A DNA stretch of 62,958 bases, counting the filler, from Porpidia crustulata (lineage: Eukaryota), in the NCBI GenBank assembly GCA_964255105.1. It is 11 parts of 11 records of this genome, joined end to end, with 100 filler letters (N's around TTAATTAATTAA, not from the genome) between each part and the next. Parts side by side here need not be neighbours in the genome. Positions count along the whole stretch, not along the records: positions 1 to 5,651 come from CAXUWE010001747.1; positions 5,752 to 11,395 come from CAXUWE010001749.1; positions 11,496 to 17,133 come from CAXUWE010001750.1; 8 more parts are not named here. One strand, 5' to 3'. The notes below the pieces were generated by a model. That model did not search any database and was not told the DNA's origin. It saw only the letters and a list, made by a program, of their open reading frames with translations. Every line of letters begins with the position of its first letter. The stretch's first letter is position 1. Shown piece by piece: positions 1 to 12,128 of this stretch. The position numbers and the translations under genes are program-made.

Positions 1-1106
1 GAGTGAGGTGGTGGAAGGCCGGGGGAGGGGAATGCGGGTCGATGGTTTGAGTGGGAGGAGCCAGAATTAGAATTGGAGTGGTAGAAGCTGCTACGATTCG
101 GAGCTTCACCTCGGTGGACGCCAAGACCTTCATTGGCAAAAACGTCAGTGATCGGGGGGAGGCGATTGTTTGTTTGTGTCGCCGGGACATGATGGATGTG
201 AGAGGTATTCGATAGGTTGGAGGGTTGGTTAGCGATATGTCGAGTCATTACATTAGGTTGATGCCTGCCGGTGAAACTTTGGTGTAGTGGTGCGGATTGA
301 ATGACCCTTTCATTTTCGAATTGGGCGGCAGACGGAGGGATGATTGATAGACCGGCTGGAGGCCTCTTCTTGGATGTGGACGGAGTCTTCAGTCCTCCCG
401 CAAAAGCGGTATGCTCCGAACTTCTTGTGCCGTCTGGGTCAGTCGGCTTCGCCGTCTTTTGTAATCGTGATTCGATAATATGTCGTTGTTGGTCTCGGAC
501 GGAAATGCTCCTTTGTAACTGTTCTCGCATCGTAGGATCTTGGGTTTGGAAGCCAGGTGACAAGCATGCCAAGCCAACATCGTGCATGTGCAGACCTCCA
601 CTGTCTCTTGCTGTCAGCGGTGCCGAAGGCCGCGATGAGATTGCCCCCTGTCCTTGCGAAGTACTTGATGATAGGTCGAGTTTTCGAGGTCTATGTCTGG
701 AGGTTGCAGGTACTTCTGGCGAACCGGGGGGCTCCTTTTTCACGATGATCTTTGGTGGGCCATGCCTTGATCTGGATATGGTGTGAGTGCGACGTTGGGT
801 CATGGTCATCGACATTGTGGATCGTAGTAATGTGTAGGAAAGATGGAGGTTGCGGACTTACGAGTTTGGAGAAAGCTTGCCATCTGGAGTCAACTTCGGC
901 TGTGCCGTAGTTTCGTTGATTACGACTGGTGCAGTACTGGCGGATGCCGCATTGGATGTGGCTGACGCAGGACTTCGTTCGAGCTGAACGGGGGTATGGG
1001 TCGAAGGAGCGAGTGTTGGATAGGATGACTTTGGGCTCGCATCAGGCTCGGATTGAGGCGGAGCCAGTGAGGGAGTCGCAGCAACAGATGCGACTGCTGT
1101 GGACAT
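1..1106 (-). CDS. Ser/Pro-rich fungal protein of unknown function, 3'-truncated by contig end
   Basis: Exon 1 is 1106-862, followed by a GTAAGT...CTCAC...CAG intron (861-772). The frame then stays open toward the contig end: SRHGPPKIIVKKEP...RHRPRKLDL...DVGLACLSPGFQTQDPTMREQLQRSISVRDQQR...KKRPPAGLSIIPPS...ERVIQSAPL. Confidence 0.75.
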
Positions 1107-3252
1107 TGCGATCCGAGTGAGCCGATGTCAGTGCTTTGGCGTCTGTCGAGGGCCTGATGGTCTTGCGAAAGCGCTGGAGCGACGGACGCGCCGGGGGCGA
1201 GTAAGAAGTCGCTTGTGTGCGGCCAGCAAGAGTACACTCTCTCGAGATTACAATCGAGGGCTGTGCTTTGGCCAACAATTGCAGGCGAAACGAACAACGG
1301 TCAAGGGTTCCACTAACAGACAGGCAATCCACCTGGTAGGCTGACTGAGTATATCTTGCGTCGTGTACAGAGACGAAGATTGCAAACACAAGAAGTGGGA
1401 TTGAAGTGGTTTCGAATCCTTGAACAGAATAATTTGGGAGTAGGAGGATAAGGAGGGGTGAGTAAATGGGTGTCTAGTGGGAACTGGGGGTGGACAAATA
1501 GTAACAAGAATCATCCAATCTGAATCTGTCAATCTTTGGAGCGGTTAAAACACGGGCGTTTCGTATTCAGTTTAGTTCAAAATCAAGTGAATTAGGGAAC
1601 ACGTAGGGGGCTGCTCTTCACTTGGATTTGGGGGCAACGGATGGATTAACAATTGATCAATCGTAATTATTTATTATCATTAATTGTGAATTATTAATTC
1701 CTCCGATAGAATTTGGTGTGACAGTCATGCAGCGTGTACACTGTCCTGTGCAATACTACTACTACTACTATCACGCTGTTATTGTTGGTGTCCCTGTCGA
1801 CAAGACACTAGTTCTGGATTTCTGATGACAGGATGAAGATGGAACACATTCTGAAACACAAACTCATCTTAATATCTAGCATTGATATTGACCGTAGACT
1901 GTTCACAATATCACACAAGTGACACAATAGCCTCCAGATAGGCGTACCGGCCTCTAACCACGGTCGAGCGCTGTACCTGGAAGCCTTCCCTAGCAACGGC
2001 AGCCTAGAGGATTGAAGGACTGGACTTGTACGCTATGACTAACCTCACCACCTCACCATCGTCTCCAACCGTTTCGCATGACAAGCGTTATAATGATCAT
2101 CCTCCTAGATAAGATGTCCAATCTTGGCCGCTTATCAATCGCATCAGTTGGCAAAACTCTTTCATGCCCTGGGGTAGGTCAAATGTGTCTCACATTGTTC
2201 AACTTCTTGGGGCGAACCTTGAATCATTCAATGAATTCATCCCATCCGCGGTGTCTCGTTGTGTTCATACGCCTCTGATGGAGGGTCAAGTTCCACCAAT
2301 AACGTGCACGACCAATATGTACTTGAACGGCTGTGACCAAGCAGCCACTCTGGCACTCTGGCTTTAACAGCCTATCAGCCGCTCCCGGAAGCGAGCTGTA
2401 TACGAGTCGTTCTGTTACACATGCTCAACTTGGAAACCTTTCAGTATTCCTTCAAAGTAAAACCAACGGCCATCTTATTTTTGTCCCATCTCCATCAACA
2501 ACACCCCTCTGCATGGCTACTTGAGAGTCACTTTGATTCGGCTACTCTTCCACCTTTGAAACGTCGGACCATTCCGCCGCCAATCCCGATACACCCCTTT
2601 GTTTCTGCTTCCCACACCGCGAGTTGGTATCAGATCCAGACATCCCACAGCCGTTCCACTTCCTGCGACCTAGATGGCAAGTTAGCAATACACTCAATAC
2701 CGTAGATACACCTCGGCCATTATCGGGTCCGGACATGATAGAGGAAAATCGGAAATCGTAGGATAGAAGCATTGCGCTGATCCGAAAGGGTGCAGTGTCC
2801 GCTGTCCTCCGCGACTGAAAAGCTCAATGAAGAAACATCTCCGACGCCAGTCTTTCAATAGTTTCCTGCACGATGGTTCAGGAACTGCTCGATATGGAAG
2901 TATTCGCATTCTTCTATGCCGCGCGCCTGTTTCCCCACAACATGCATGCAACCGATTAAAGGCCTTTCGAGACCCCGAAGGCTACATTCAACATGCATCT
3001 GTCAGTCAGGGTAGGATGCACTTGGACTGTCATCAAGGACGACATCCTCAGGCTTCGTGGTACCTTTCGTATTACAATTGATTGTAGAACAAGGCGAGCA
3101 TGGCATGCAACGATTATCTGCCGATAGTCCCACCAAAGTGCAAGCCACCAAGCGAGGCAGGAAACGGGCGCTAAAGCCGTGTCCCAGGGATTTCCAATCA
3201 ATCAGTACAGCTTCGACAGAAATACATCACTGCCTATTCGATATATTTCAAA

Positions 3253-3842
3253 ATGCCTTCGCGAGTCTCCGACGCACAAGATCAACCCATGCAGGATGCC
3301 CCAAATGACAATGACGCCACCGCCAACACAACCACACCCGAACCGGTCCTGGAATTCGGTGAACAACGGATTCGAGTAGTCAGTCCTCCTTAAACCTTTG
3401 TGAAACCTCGTATCTAATATGAATTTGATTTTAGCTACCTGGCGCAAGTGATACAGCGGCATCCTTTGAGTTTGAAAACGAAGATCACACCTTAGGGAAT
3501 GCGCTGCGGTACATGATTATGAAAAAGTTAGATTACCCTATTTAGGGATTTCCTATACATGACGCTAAGCCTGATACGTGCAGCCCTGAAGTTGAGCTTT
3601 GTGGGTACTCGATCCCACATCCCTCGGAAGCGAAGATGAATTTGAGAATTCAAACATATGGTAAGTTGACGACTTCTTTGACGGTAGACTTTCTGAACAC
3701 TACTCATGACAACGCCACAGATGGCACGACGGTATACGATGTGCTAGAAAAGGGCTTTGACGACCTGATGGATCTTTGCGACGTAGTGACAGATAAATTT
3801 ACGACGGCGAGGGATGACTTCATGACAAAGCAGGACAGTTGA
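3253..3842 (+). CDS. RPC19: RNA polymerase I/III shared subunit AC19 (3 introns)
   Basis: Spliced translation gives ...QRIRV/LPGASDTAASFEFENEDHTLGNALRYMIMK/PEVELCGYSIPHPSEAKMNLRIQTY/DGTTVYDVLEKGFDDLMDLCDVV, which carries the RPB11/AC19 family motifs. Confidence 0.93.
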
Positions 3843-3942
3843 TTCACTGCATTAAAGGCGTTACGGTTGGATCAAATTTGGAATTTCGATATTCCCGATA
3901 TACGATATGTGCAATGCGAACGCCAGCTCAGAACGTTGAGCC

Positions 3943-4619
3943 TCAATTTCGACCCTGCAAATCTCATTAGTCAGTGGACAAACGCTGGCACCTAAGCACT
4001 ATACCTCAAGGAATGCTTGCATGAAACTATTGGGCAATTGTGCCGTAGCATCCTCGGTGTCTCTGAAATATTTCAGGATATGAGGTAGTTGCTTCCAATA
4101 GTTCAACGTCTCCTGATACCGTCTTCTTGTAAGCGTATGCTGCACCAGGTTCCTCGAGTATTGCCCCATCCCATGGATCTCACTGTCCCACCGCAATAGC
4201 CCTCGCGATTTTATGCCTTTACAACCTGTAACCAAGTGGTACACATACCTGGTATTCAACGTGACTCTGCGTGAGTAATACATCGACCACCGGTAGCTGA
4301 CTGACGTATCTATGCCTCTCGAACTCCTGCCGTATTTTCGTCCGTATTTTCGAGACTGGGAAATTGAGCGAATACATTTGTTGAACCTCAGGAGCCTGTC
4401 AAGATAGAAATGGAGGCTATCAGCGCACAACGAAACCAGAGCCCTGCTATGGAGGACTAACGGATCTCAGCCATTCCCGGTAGGACTTGATGACCCTCTT
4501 CTGGGCATCGTGCCAGCTGACAGCTGCGATTCTGGTCAACAAAGTCTTGTGTTCGTTTTGAAGGGAAAGTACGAACATGAGCGCGTTCGCTGAGCGAGGT
4601 AGGTCGGATTGATCACCAT
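3943..4619 (-). CDS. NADH:ubiquinone oxidoreductase 14.8 kDa / B14 (NDUFA6, LYR family) subunit, multi-exon
   Basis: N-terminus [14 protein letters not shown]; internal RKYGR-frame exon equivalent to the [14 protein letters not shown] motif; C-terminus [39 protein letters not shown]. Confidence 0.88.
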
Positions 4620-4867
4620 TGTCCGAATGTTCGCGGACGAGGGCTTCTGGGAGTCAAGAAGAGGGACAAGCTCTCGGCTCGACCGTTCGCTCGGAAGCGG
4701 CGCTAGCGGGACTTGCCGGATGACGCAGCGCTTCAAGGTTTCCTTTGCGGCCTCTAGAATAACCATAATCATCTGCTATCAACAAGATTAGGAGCTCCAG
4801 AGGAGCATCATAGATACTTAGTGTTCTGGAAGTGTATCCCGCAGAAACGTCCTATTAAACTCAAAGT

Positions 4868-5444
4868 ATGCCGCCCATTCGATCGGCGCGAAATCGTAAG
4901 CCCCCACCCGATGGCTTCGACGACCTCGAGGACACGCTGCTCGAGTTCAGCAACAAGATGAAGGACGCCGAGAACGCCTCGCACGAAGGCAAAAAGCGAC
5001 ACGAAGTACTATGGCCTATATTCCAGATCAGCCACCAGCGTGCGTGCCTGAGCATCCGCCGCTAGACTCCTCAAATGGTATTGTTTACTAACAGCTACTG
5101 TTCGCATAGGATCGCGATACATCTACGAGCTCTACTACGACAAAGAAGCCATTTCGAAAACGCTGTACGAGTGGTTGCTAAAAAACGGCTACGCGGATGG
5201 AAATCTGATCGCCAAATGGAAGAAGCAAGGGTACGAGAAGGTACGTGGCGCCTTTACGAGAGCAGCGCGCAGAATGCCGCTGACCGCGGTGAACGTGTAG
5301 CTATGTTGCTTGCGATGTATACAGACCAAGGAGACGAATTTCAACGCAACCTGCATCTGTCGGGTCCCAAAGGCGACCCTCAAGGAGGATCAGACGATCG
5401 AATGTGTTGCTTGTGGGTGCAGAGGATGTTCTTCGAGCGATTGA
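4868..5444 (+). CDS. BUD31: Pre-mRNA splicing factor Bud31/Cwf14 (G10 protein), 2 introns
   Basis: [27 protein letters not shown]...[76 protein letters not shown]...[13 protein letters not shown]. Confidence 0.96.
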
Positions 5445-5651
5445 TAGTAGCATTGGGATGATACCAAGGGAAATGGCGGGGTACAGGCGTTTGAGGCAAT
5501 CGGGGGATATGGCGTTGAGGCAAAGGCACGGGATATCATAGTAGCCCAACGCATAAGCTAGACAAAGTCTGCGGCATCAACATACACCTCCGGGGTATCA
5601 TAAAAATCAAACCAAACCACCACTGCTACCACCATCACCATCCCCTAAAAC

Positions 5652-5751
5652 NNNNNNNNNNNNNNNNNNNNNNNNNNNNNNNNNNNNNNNNNNNNTTAAT
5701 TAATTAANNNNNNNNNNNNNNNNNNNNNNNNNNNNNNNNNNNNNNNNNNNN
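5652..5751. other. Artificial 100-bp contig linker (N44-TTAATTAATTAA-N44); same linker at 11396-11495, 17134-17233, 22871-22970, 28605-28704, 34339-34438, 40072-40171, 45798-45897, 51522-51621, 57242-57341
   Basis: Identical linkers carrying stops in all frames. Flanking segments fall in length from 5651 to 5617 bp, as expected for size-sorted contigs. Confidence 0.98.
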
Positions 5752-6378
5752 CACCAACTCCGACAAAACCCCCGCGGGCCGTTTCCCCGCCAACCTGCAA
5801 AACTCCACCGCCGCTTCCGTGTGGCCCCTCCTCTCCCTCACGCCCCCATCTCTCGCTCTTAATGGAAACACATGCCCCGGTCTGCGGAAAGAAGCGGCGG
5901 TGCTGGATCCCGCGGCCAGGGTCCGACAGGTCAAGGCGCGGTCGTGCGCGGAAATTCCGGTGGTCATGTCGGGGTCGGAAGAGTCAACGGAGACGGTGTA
6001 GGCGGTGCCGTCGATTTCGGTGTTGTGGAGCACCATTTGCGGCAGGCAGAGGTGGGTGGCCAGCGCGGGGGATACGGGACAGCAGATGAGGCCGCTGGTG
6101 TGGCGGATGAGGAAGGCCATTTTGTCGGTGGTCATGTCTTCGGCGGCGCAGATCAAGTCGCCTTCGTTCTCGCGGGAGGCTGAGTCGAGGGCGATGATGA
6201 AGCGACCGAGTTCTGGGGTGGTGGTTAGATCATGGGTTTTTATTGAGATAGGTGTCAAACTCATACTGAACGCGTCGATGGTATCTTCGATGCTATCAAA
6301 CTTCATCTTCGAGATTCCATTTGTTACGGTTCTCGTGGACTCTTGGCCCATGGACTCGTCGGTGAAAGACTCCGACAT
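5752..6378 (-). CDS. RIB3: 3,4-dihydroxy-2-butanone 4-phosphate synthase (riboflavin synthesis), one in-frame intron, 3'-truncated
   Basis: Contains the motifs RENEGDLI, HTSGLIC, TTGISAHDRALT, FRRPGHVFPLRA and RRGHTEAAV. Confidence 0.95.
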
Positions 6379-6750
6379 CTTCTGGCTCGAGTAGCTGATA
6401 GCTCGGGGTCAGATATTTGTCTCCTCCAGCTACTGAAGCACTATCCTACTAGGCCAATACCATGGCGATGCCTATTGTCAATTACTTGCTTCTCATCCCA
6501 ATTTACCAACTAACATCTCGTGCGGGCATTGCCCACTCCCGTCTGCGCCCAGTCAGGCCATACGTGCAACGGCAAGCATGCACCCAAAATTCCTCCTGAC
6601 TACATGAAAAAGCACTACCATCAAGCGTTATCCCTGACGCAAACCATCACGGTCGGCGTCACAAGTCCGAGCTCCACGGCGAACCCAAATGAGGACAATC
6701 CAGCTCACTTATGCAGAATTATCGATTTGCGGGCAAGCTAATGCATTGAT

Positions 6751-6840
6751 AACCGAGTAACACCGAAGATGCGGATCAATAACCGGGTACCACCAAAGAG
6801 ACAGATGAAAAACCGAGTACCACCGAAGATGCGATCCGCA
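6751..6840. repeat. Three imperfect 30-bp tandem repeats (AACCGRGTAMCACCRAAGA... core)
   Basis: Units start at 6751, 6781 and 6811: aaccgagtaacaccgaagatgc / aaccgggtaccaccaaagagac / aaccgagtaccaccgaagatgc. Confidence 0.85.
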
Positions 6841-7391
6841 AAATATCGCCGCGTTGCAGGAGCTACGATTCAACCATAGTCCTATAATTTCGAATTTCAT
6901 TGGCGCAGATTGAATTTTCAAGTGGCTTCCTCCGATATTGTTGGCAACAGTAGCACTCGGGTGATTACAGTCTGGCTTGCAGAATTCCAGGGTCAAATTA
7001 TAGCGAGGAAAGTTCCTGTTGGTGCTAATCGGATGATCGAGTGCTTTTGATTTAGTATTGTCAACCATCACTGGAAGAGAAGCTCGAAGTACCTGTGCGT
7101 ATGACGTTGTAAACGATCAATACAGATCGGCAATGATACATGCGAAGGGCGTGCTTTTGAAGGATGTGCATAGCCAGTTGCTGTGGCACCCCAACTCTGC
7201 AGATGTAGAGCCGAATCAATCACAAAGCTAGGATTCTATGAGGAAATATCCTCTGTGAATCGAACACGGGTCTCGTGGGGCGATCCCTTCGACTGTCAGT
7301 GCTAAGAGCAGAAAGGTGTTTGACAGCCGTTGCCGTCACTACCAGACTATAGTCAGATATCTTGTCCTGCTCATAGAGCAACATCGCCAGC

Positions 7392-8786
7392 ATGGGCTCC
7401 ATTTGCGAGAACGTGAATCTGCTGGAGCATCTGCGTTCTAAGAGTCAAGTCGACTGCGATAGCTTAGATATACAGCGTGAGATCGTCCCTTGCATGGTCA
7501 CTATTCCAACTGAATGTCGCAGCACTGACCTTGGGTGATCTCCATTAGTCGCCACAGAGCTCGGGCCATTCGTCGACTGTACCTCGAATCAGGTATGAGG
7601 CTCGAGATCAATTCACATAGGAGGCGGTTCCGATCCTAAAGCCGTTCAGGCCGATTCGTATCTTGAACTCCTTACTCCCCAGCGAGCGGCGATACTCCAG
7701 AAGTCGGCTGTTCTGGGCCGGCAACTCCAGTCTGACTATCCTGATGTCAAATATGAACAGCTAGCTGTGGAAATTGCGGTTTGTATTTCAGCATTGGTGT
7801 AGCTTTTTCCAAATTCTGATAATAAGTTCCAGATGGTCAGCTTATCGCTAACAGTAGCACCCCTAATAACCGGCGTCATCCATGTCATGTCAAATCCAAC
7901 TCTTAAATCTACCCCCGAGATAGTCGAGAATTCTAAACGTAAGCTACTTTTTAGCACAAATGTTTGTCAGGAAACAGCTGTCGGATTAGACTTCTAATAT
8001 CATGTCATACATTAGGCATCGCCAGTCTATGTCAACGTTTGGATCCCAGCTTCGATATGTCCAGACTTTGCGTCAAAATTGTGGCAACTTGGGAGGGACT
8101 CCAGGCCTGCCACCAATTGACAGCTTTGGGCATCAAAACCCTGGCGACTACTCTGTTCACAATGGAACAAGCCATGCTGGCTGGTGAAGTTGGGTGCGTC
8201 TATATCGCGCCATTCGTACATGAGCTGAAAGCTTTCTTCGATGAAACGTTAGTGGCATTCAGCAAATATTCAACTCTTTATTGGTCATAAGAACTGATAT
8301 AAATAGATGGGATGATGGTGGCCCAAATCTCGGACTATGTCTGGACGCTCAACACTATTATCAGCATCACAAATATAAAACAAGAGTCAAAGCTGCTGGT
8401 CTGCTCGATATAAGCGAAGCGAAGCGGTTAGCTGAGGTCGATTCCATGACGATTGCTCCAGACCTTTTACGGACACTTTCGAAGATGAATGAGCCGGTAG
8501 TGGATGTGACAGAATCTTCCATTTTCAAGCAAGAGATGAAAGCACATGTGAAGGCGAGGGAGCTGACTGGTTTCGTCAACGATGAGACCAAATACCGAGA
8601 AGCATTTGCGCAAAGCTACGGAGGTAAGGGGCTATTGAAGACAATGCAGGTACGTTTGAATGAATTCCAACATGCGAGAAAGTGCGAAATGCTGAACCGA
8701 AGCTGAAGGCAATCGAAATTTTCTGCGAGTATCAAGTGAAGGCGGAGGCTCTGATGGAAGATACTCATTTGGCAACGACCGAGTAG
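7392..8786 (+). CDS. Transaldolase-like (class I aldolase) protein, multi-exon
   Basis: MGSICENVNLLEHLRSKSQVDCDSLD.../GPFVDCTSNQ/...RLCVKIVATWEGLQAC...GIKTLATTLFTMEQAMLAGEVGCVYIAPFVHEL...RVKAAGL. These are transaldolase motifs, including the Schiff-base Lys in the VKI motif. Confidence 0.85.
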
Positions 8787-9458
8787 TGGAGAATAGGTTT
8801 TTGAGATTTTTGTTAGGAAAACATGATAAATCAGGAGATCAGCAAGCGTAGCAGATGCAGGGACAGCCTTGGAGTGCTGCTGATTCGATCAAGTTCATCA
8901 TGCAGTCGTTATCAGTGACGCATACCGCGTACGATGAGTTGTCGAGGTAGTTCATCATCCAGTTGCTCGGCCGGATCTCTGGGTCGGATTCGTCCAAACA
9001 GGGCTAGACGAATAAACGTGAACTCAACGTCAGGAATTGTAGGAAGATCTGTAGCCATATATTCTTGAACGGTTACGCCACCTCATTTGCATGCGTATTG
9101 GTTTTTCGGCCAGTACCGCTCGAGATGTTGATTGAAGTTCAATGTGATCTAATTGGAAAGACCGAGTAAATCCTGAACATCCCAGAGCCCAAGGAGACTA
9201 GTCGAAGATGTTCAACTCCGGTAATCGGTAGATATCTCTCTTGACCCGCTAGAATTTGCTTTAGTCCGATCTTGCCGTCCAAGGATCCAATAGATCTTGT
9301 TAGTAGTAGTCAAGTATCGAAGTCGAGACATGCGTCGTCGACCGGACTAAATTCTACTTCAACTGCGATACGCTTCGTGTAGAAGGAAATTCTTCGAGGG
9401 CTAATAAAAACCAGCGCAATGCATATTTAAAGCTGTAAAATCTGGCCCAATCGCTGTT

Positions 9459-11054
9459 ATGATATCTCAAAGCTTTCGCGCATCTAAGACATTCACTACT
9501 CTGGTTGTTTGCGTGTCCATCTTCACAGACATACTTCTCCAGAATCTCGTCGTGCCTGTACTTCCATATGCCCTCTCTGAGCGAGTTGGACTGTCAAAGG
9601 AGGATGACGTCCAGCGATGGAATTCTATCTTGCTTGCGTCTTATGGAGGATCATTGATGATTGGATCTTGTATGTCAAGCCTTGGATCAGCTTGGTACAC
9701 ATTCCATGATCGTTTTGCAACCATCCCAATTGTTCTGACCTCTTCCTGTACGGCCCACATTGGTAGCAGCAACTCACAACATGACCCAATATCACCTTCA
9801 ACCCCAGAATTTTAGGGAAAAGATGCTGACCAAATGTGTGAATTCCTAGTGTTTTTTGGCTGGTTAGGAGATCGACTCCCAAGTCGACGTACTCCCTTCA
9901 TTCTGGGCGTTGGAGTCTTGGGAGCTTCTACCCTATGCTTCGCTCTGGGGAAAAGCCTGCCTATCCTGCTCATAGCTCGTATATTGGAAGGATTATCGAC
10001 CGCTATTGTATGCACACTTGGCTACACTCTCCTCAACAATGTCGTTGGGACAGAACGGATCGGACAGGCAATGGGTTATACCAGCATGGCCTTGAGCCTT
10101 GGTTTGTTCACTGGGCCTGTAGTGGGAGGAGTCCTGTACGAGTATGGAGGCTATTTCCAGGTTTTCCTACCTGCGTTTGGTTTAATCGTGGTGGAGTTGA
10201 TACTTCGTTTAATGATTGTCGACCCCGAGAAGCTGCCACGGTGTATAAGCCCTGATCAGAAGTTTGCTCCACCTATCGGCACATCGCCACAGTCCAACAA
10301 TACCAGAGCTTTACAAGAAGCGAGCGAGGCAGAAGCACAGCCGCTTCTACAAGCTACAGCCCCGAGGGCGCCTCGTCACGCGTTCTCTGTGTTGCTATGC
10401 TCCCCCCGATTCCTAGTCGCAGTCACTGGTCTTTTCATTCTCAACAGTATCGGCTGCGGCTTCGATGGTGTTCTGGTACCATACATCAAGGACGCCTTTG
10501 GTCTAAATGCAATGCACGCCGCGGCGTTGTTCCTGGCAATCGCCATACCAATGTTTCTTGCTCCTATATCCGGCGCTATCACTGATCGAATTGGAGCGAA
10601 GTGGCCAGCAGCCGGTGGATTCCTGATTGCTATCCCGAGTCTTATCCTTCTACGGTTGGTCGCACGCGGTACTTCGATGCCATTCGTGAAGCTGGCGGTG
10701 CTACTATTTTTCGTTGGTCTTGCTTTTGCATTCGCAATGCCACCGCTTAGAGCTGAGGCGTCCAAGGTTGTGGATGCTATCGAGCGTGATAGTCCTGGTA
10801 TCTTCGGGCCATACGGTGCATATTCTCAAGCTTACGGACTGATGAACACTGCCATTGCTGCTGGCGGTCTCGTTGGTCCACTTTATGCTGGATTCGTTCG
10901 AGTATGGCTGGGATGGGGGGCGATGTCTCTTTCTCTGGGTCTTTGGAGCTGCATCACGCTGGTGTTCGTGACATGTTTCACTGGGGGAAGAGCTCAGCGC
11001 ATCCAAGATTTCGATGGAGAGGTCAGTGAGGCTATGAGCGACGAGATATTGTAG
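9459..11054 (+). CDS. Major facilitator superfamily transporter (vesicular amine/DHA1-like), intron about 9670-9850
   Basis: IFTDILLQNLVVPVLPYAL, MFS motif A (GWLGDRLPSRR; GAITDRIGAK), about 12 hydrophobic segments, GAYSQAYGLMN. Confidence 0.92.
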
Positions 11055-12128
11055 ACGCTGCTGGTATCACACTCATTGGTAGCAGGTTTGAGGCATAGAA
11101 TGCAACATTTTCTTAGTATGGATACTTTATCTTACTCTTAGTTTACTTTGGAGATTTAAGATACACTTAAAATACGATACGAGAATTATAAGATCGGTAA
11201 GAAATCACCCCTGATCATCACGAAGACTTCTACGCAATCACAGTTGGTCGGATTGCTCTTTCCAGATGGTCTCAACCTCCTTAATCCCAAGGTTGCCAAA
11301 GATCAGTTCTCATTTCACACTCATCGGTCATCAAGACCCGTTAGGAGTATTCCCGGGCCCGTGCACGTTCCGGTCCCCTGCACACCCCACTTTACNNNNN
11401 NNNNNNNNNNNNNNNNNNNNNNNNNNNNNNNNNNNNNNNTTAATTAATTAANNNNNNNNNNNNNNNNNNNNNNNNNNNNNNNNNNNNNNNNNNNNGGGGA
11501 GTACAGGAGGAGCATGAGGGAGCATGGGGGAGCAGCGAGGGAGCATTGTGAGGCAGTGCACGGCCGCACTTAGTAGGAGTCTGAAATGGATCCCCATCAT
11601 TCGGCTTGAGCTGCCCTCCTTGTTATGTATTATGTGTTGACACAAGTATACAGTATATAGAAACAGATATCTGTTGAGTTTTTGGCTAGTCCATTGGGGT
11701 ATGTGTCATTCTGCACATGTGATGTAGCCTATGTCACTTCTTTCAGTGTCATTCCCTATCACGAGCGGCCTCGTGACAGGTGTTGATGCAAGTATTGTCG
11801 CATGCATTCAGCACCCTTTGTCAGTGTTTAACACCAGACACTGTGTCATGCTCCTATGTGCCTGACACTTCTCGAATGATGCATAGAACACACTTGTCGT
11901 GTGTTCTACGCAGGACACAGCGGTCATGTATTTAGTCTGGGCTTCTCCCATCCTCTCCTTCTCTCCTTCGTTAGTTGTCTTCTCAATTCAACACCGACAT
12001 CGACTCGCTCTGTGCACGGTCCTGACATTCCCTTATTGACACAAGAAATCTTGTATATTTGAACGAAGTCCATAGCAGTCAAAATTTCCCAAACACAAGC
12101 ATCATTCAATAACATCACCTTTCGTAAT

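Noticed and set aside
301..786. 161-aa plus-strand ORF and similar antisense ORFs over RIB3, RPC2, YJU2 and the AAA gene
   Set aside because: These are shadow frames opposite or overlapping well-supported genes.
6751..6840. CRISPR-like repeat-spacer array
   Set aside because: Eukaryotic context, only three degenerate units, variable part only about 10 bp, and no cas genes.
11496..11572. GGGAGCA-type low-complexity repeats ending in GCCGCACTTA, similar to the piggyBac-like TIR
   Set aside because: Only the terminal ACTTA matches and the contig break prevents confirmation.
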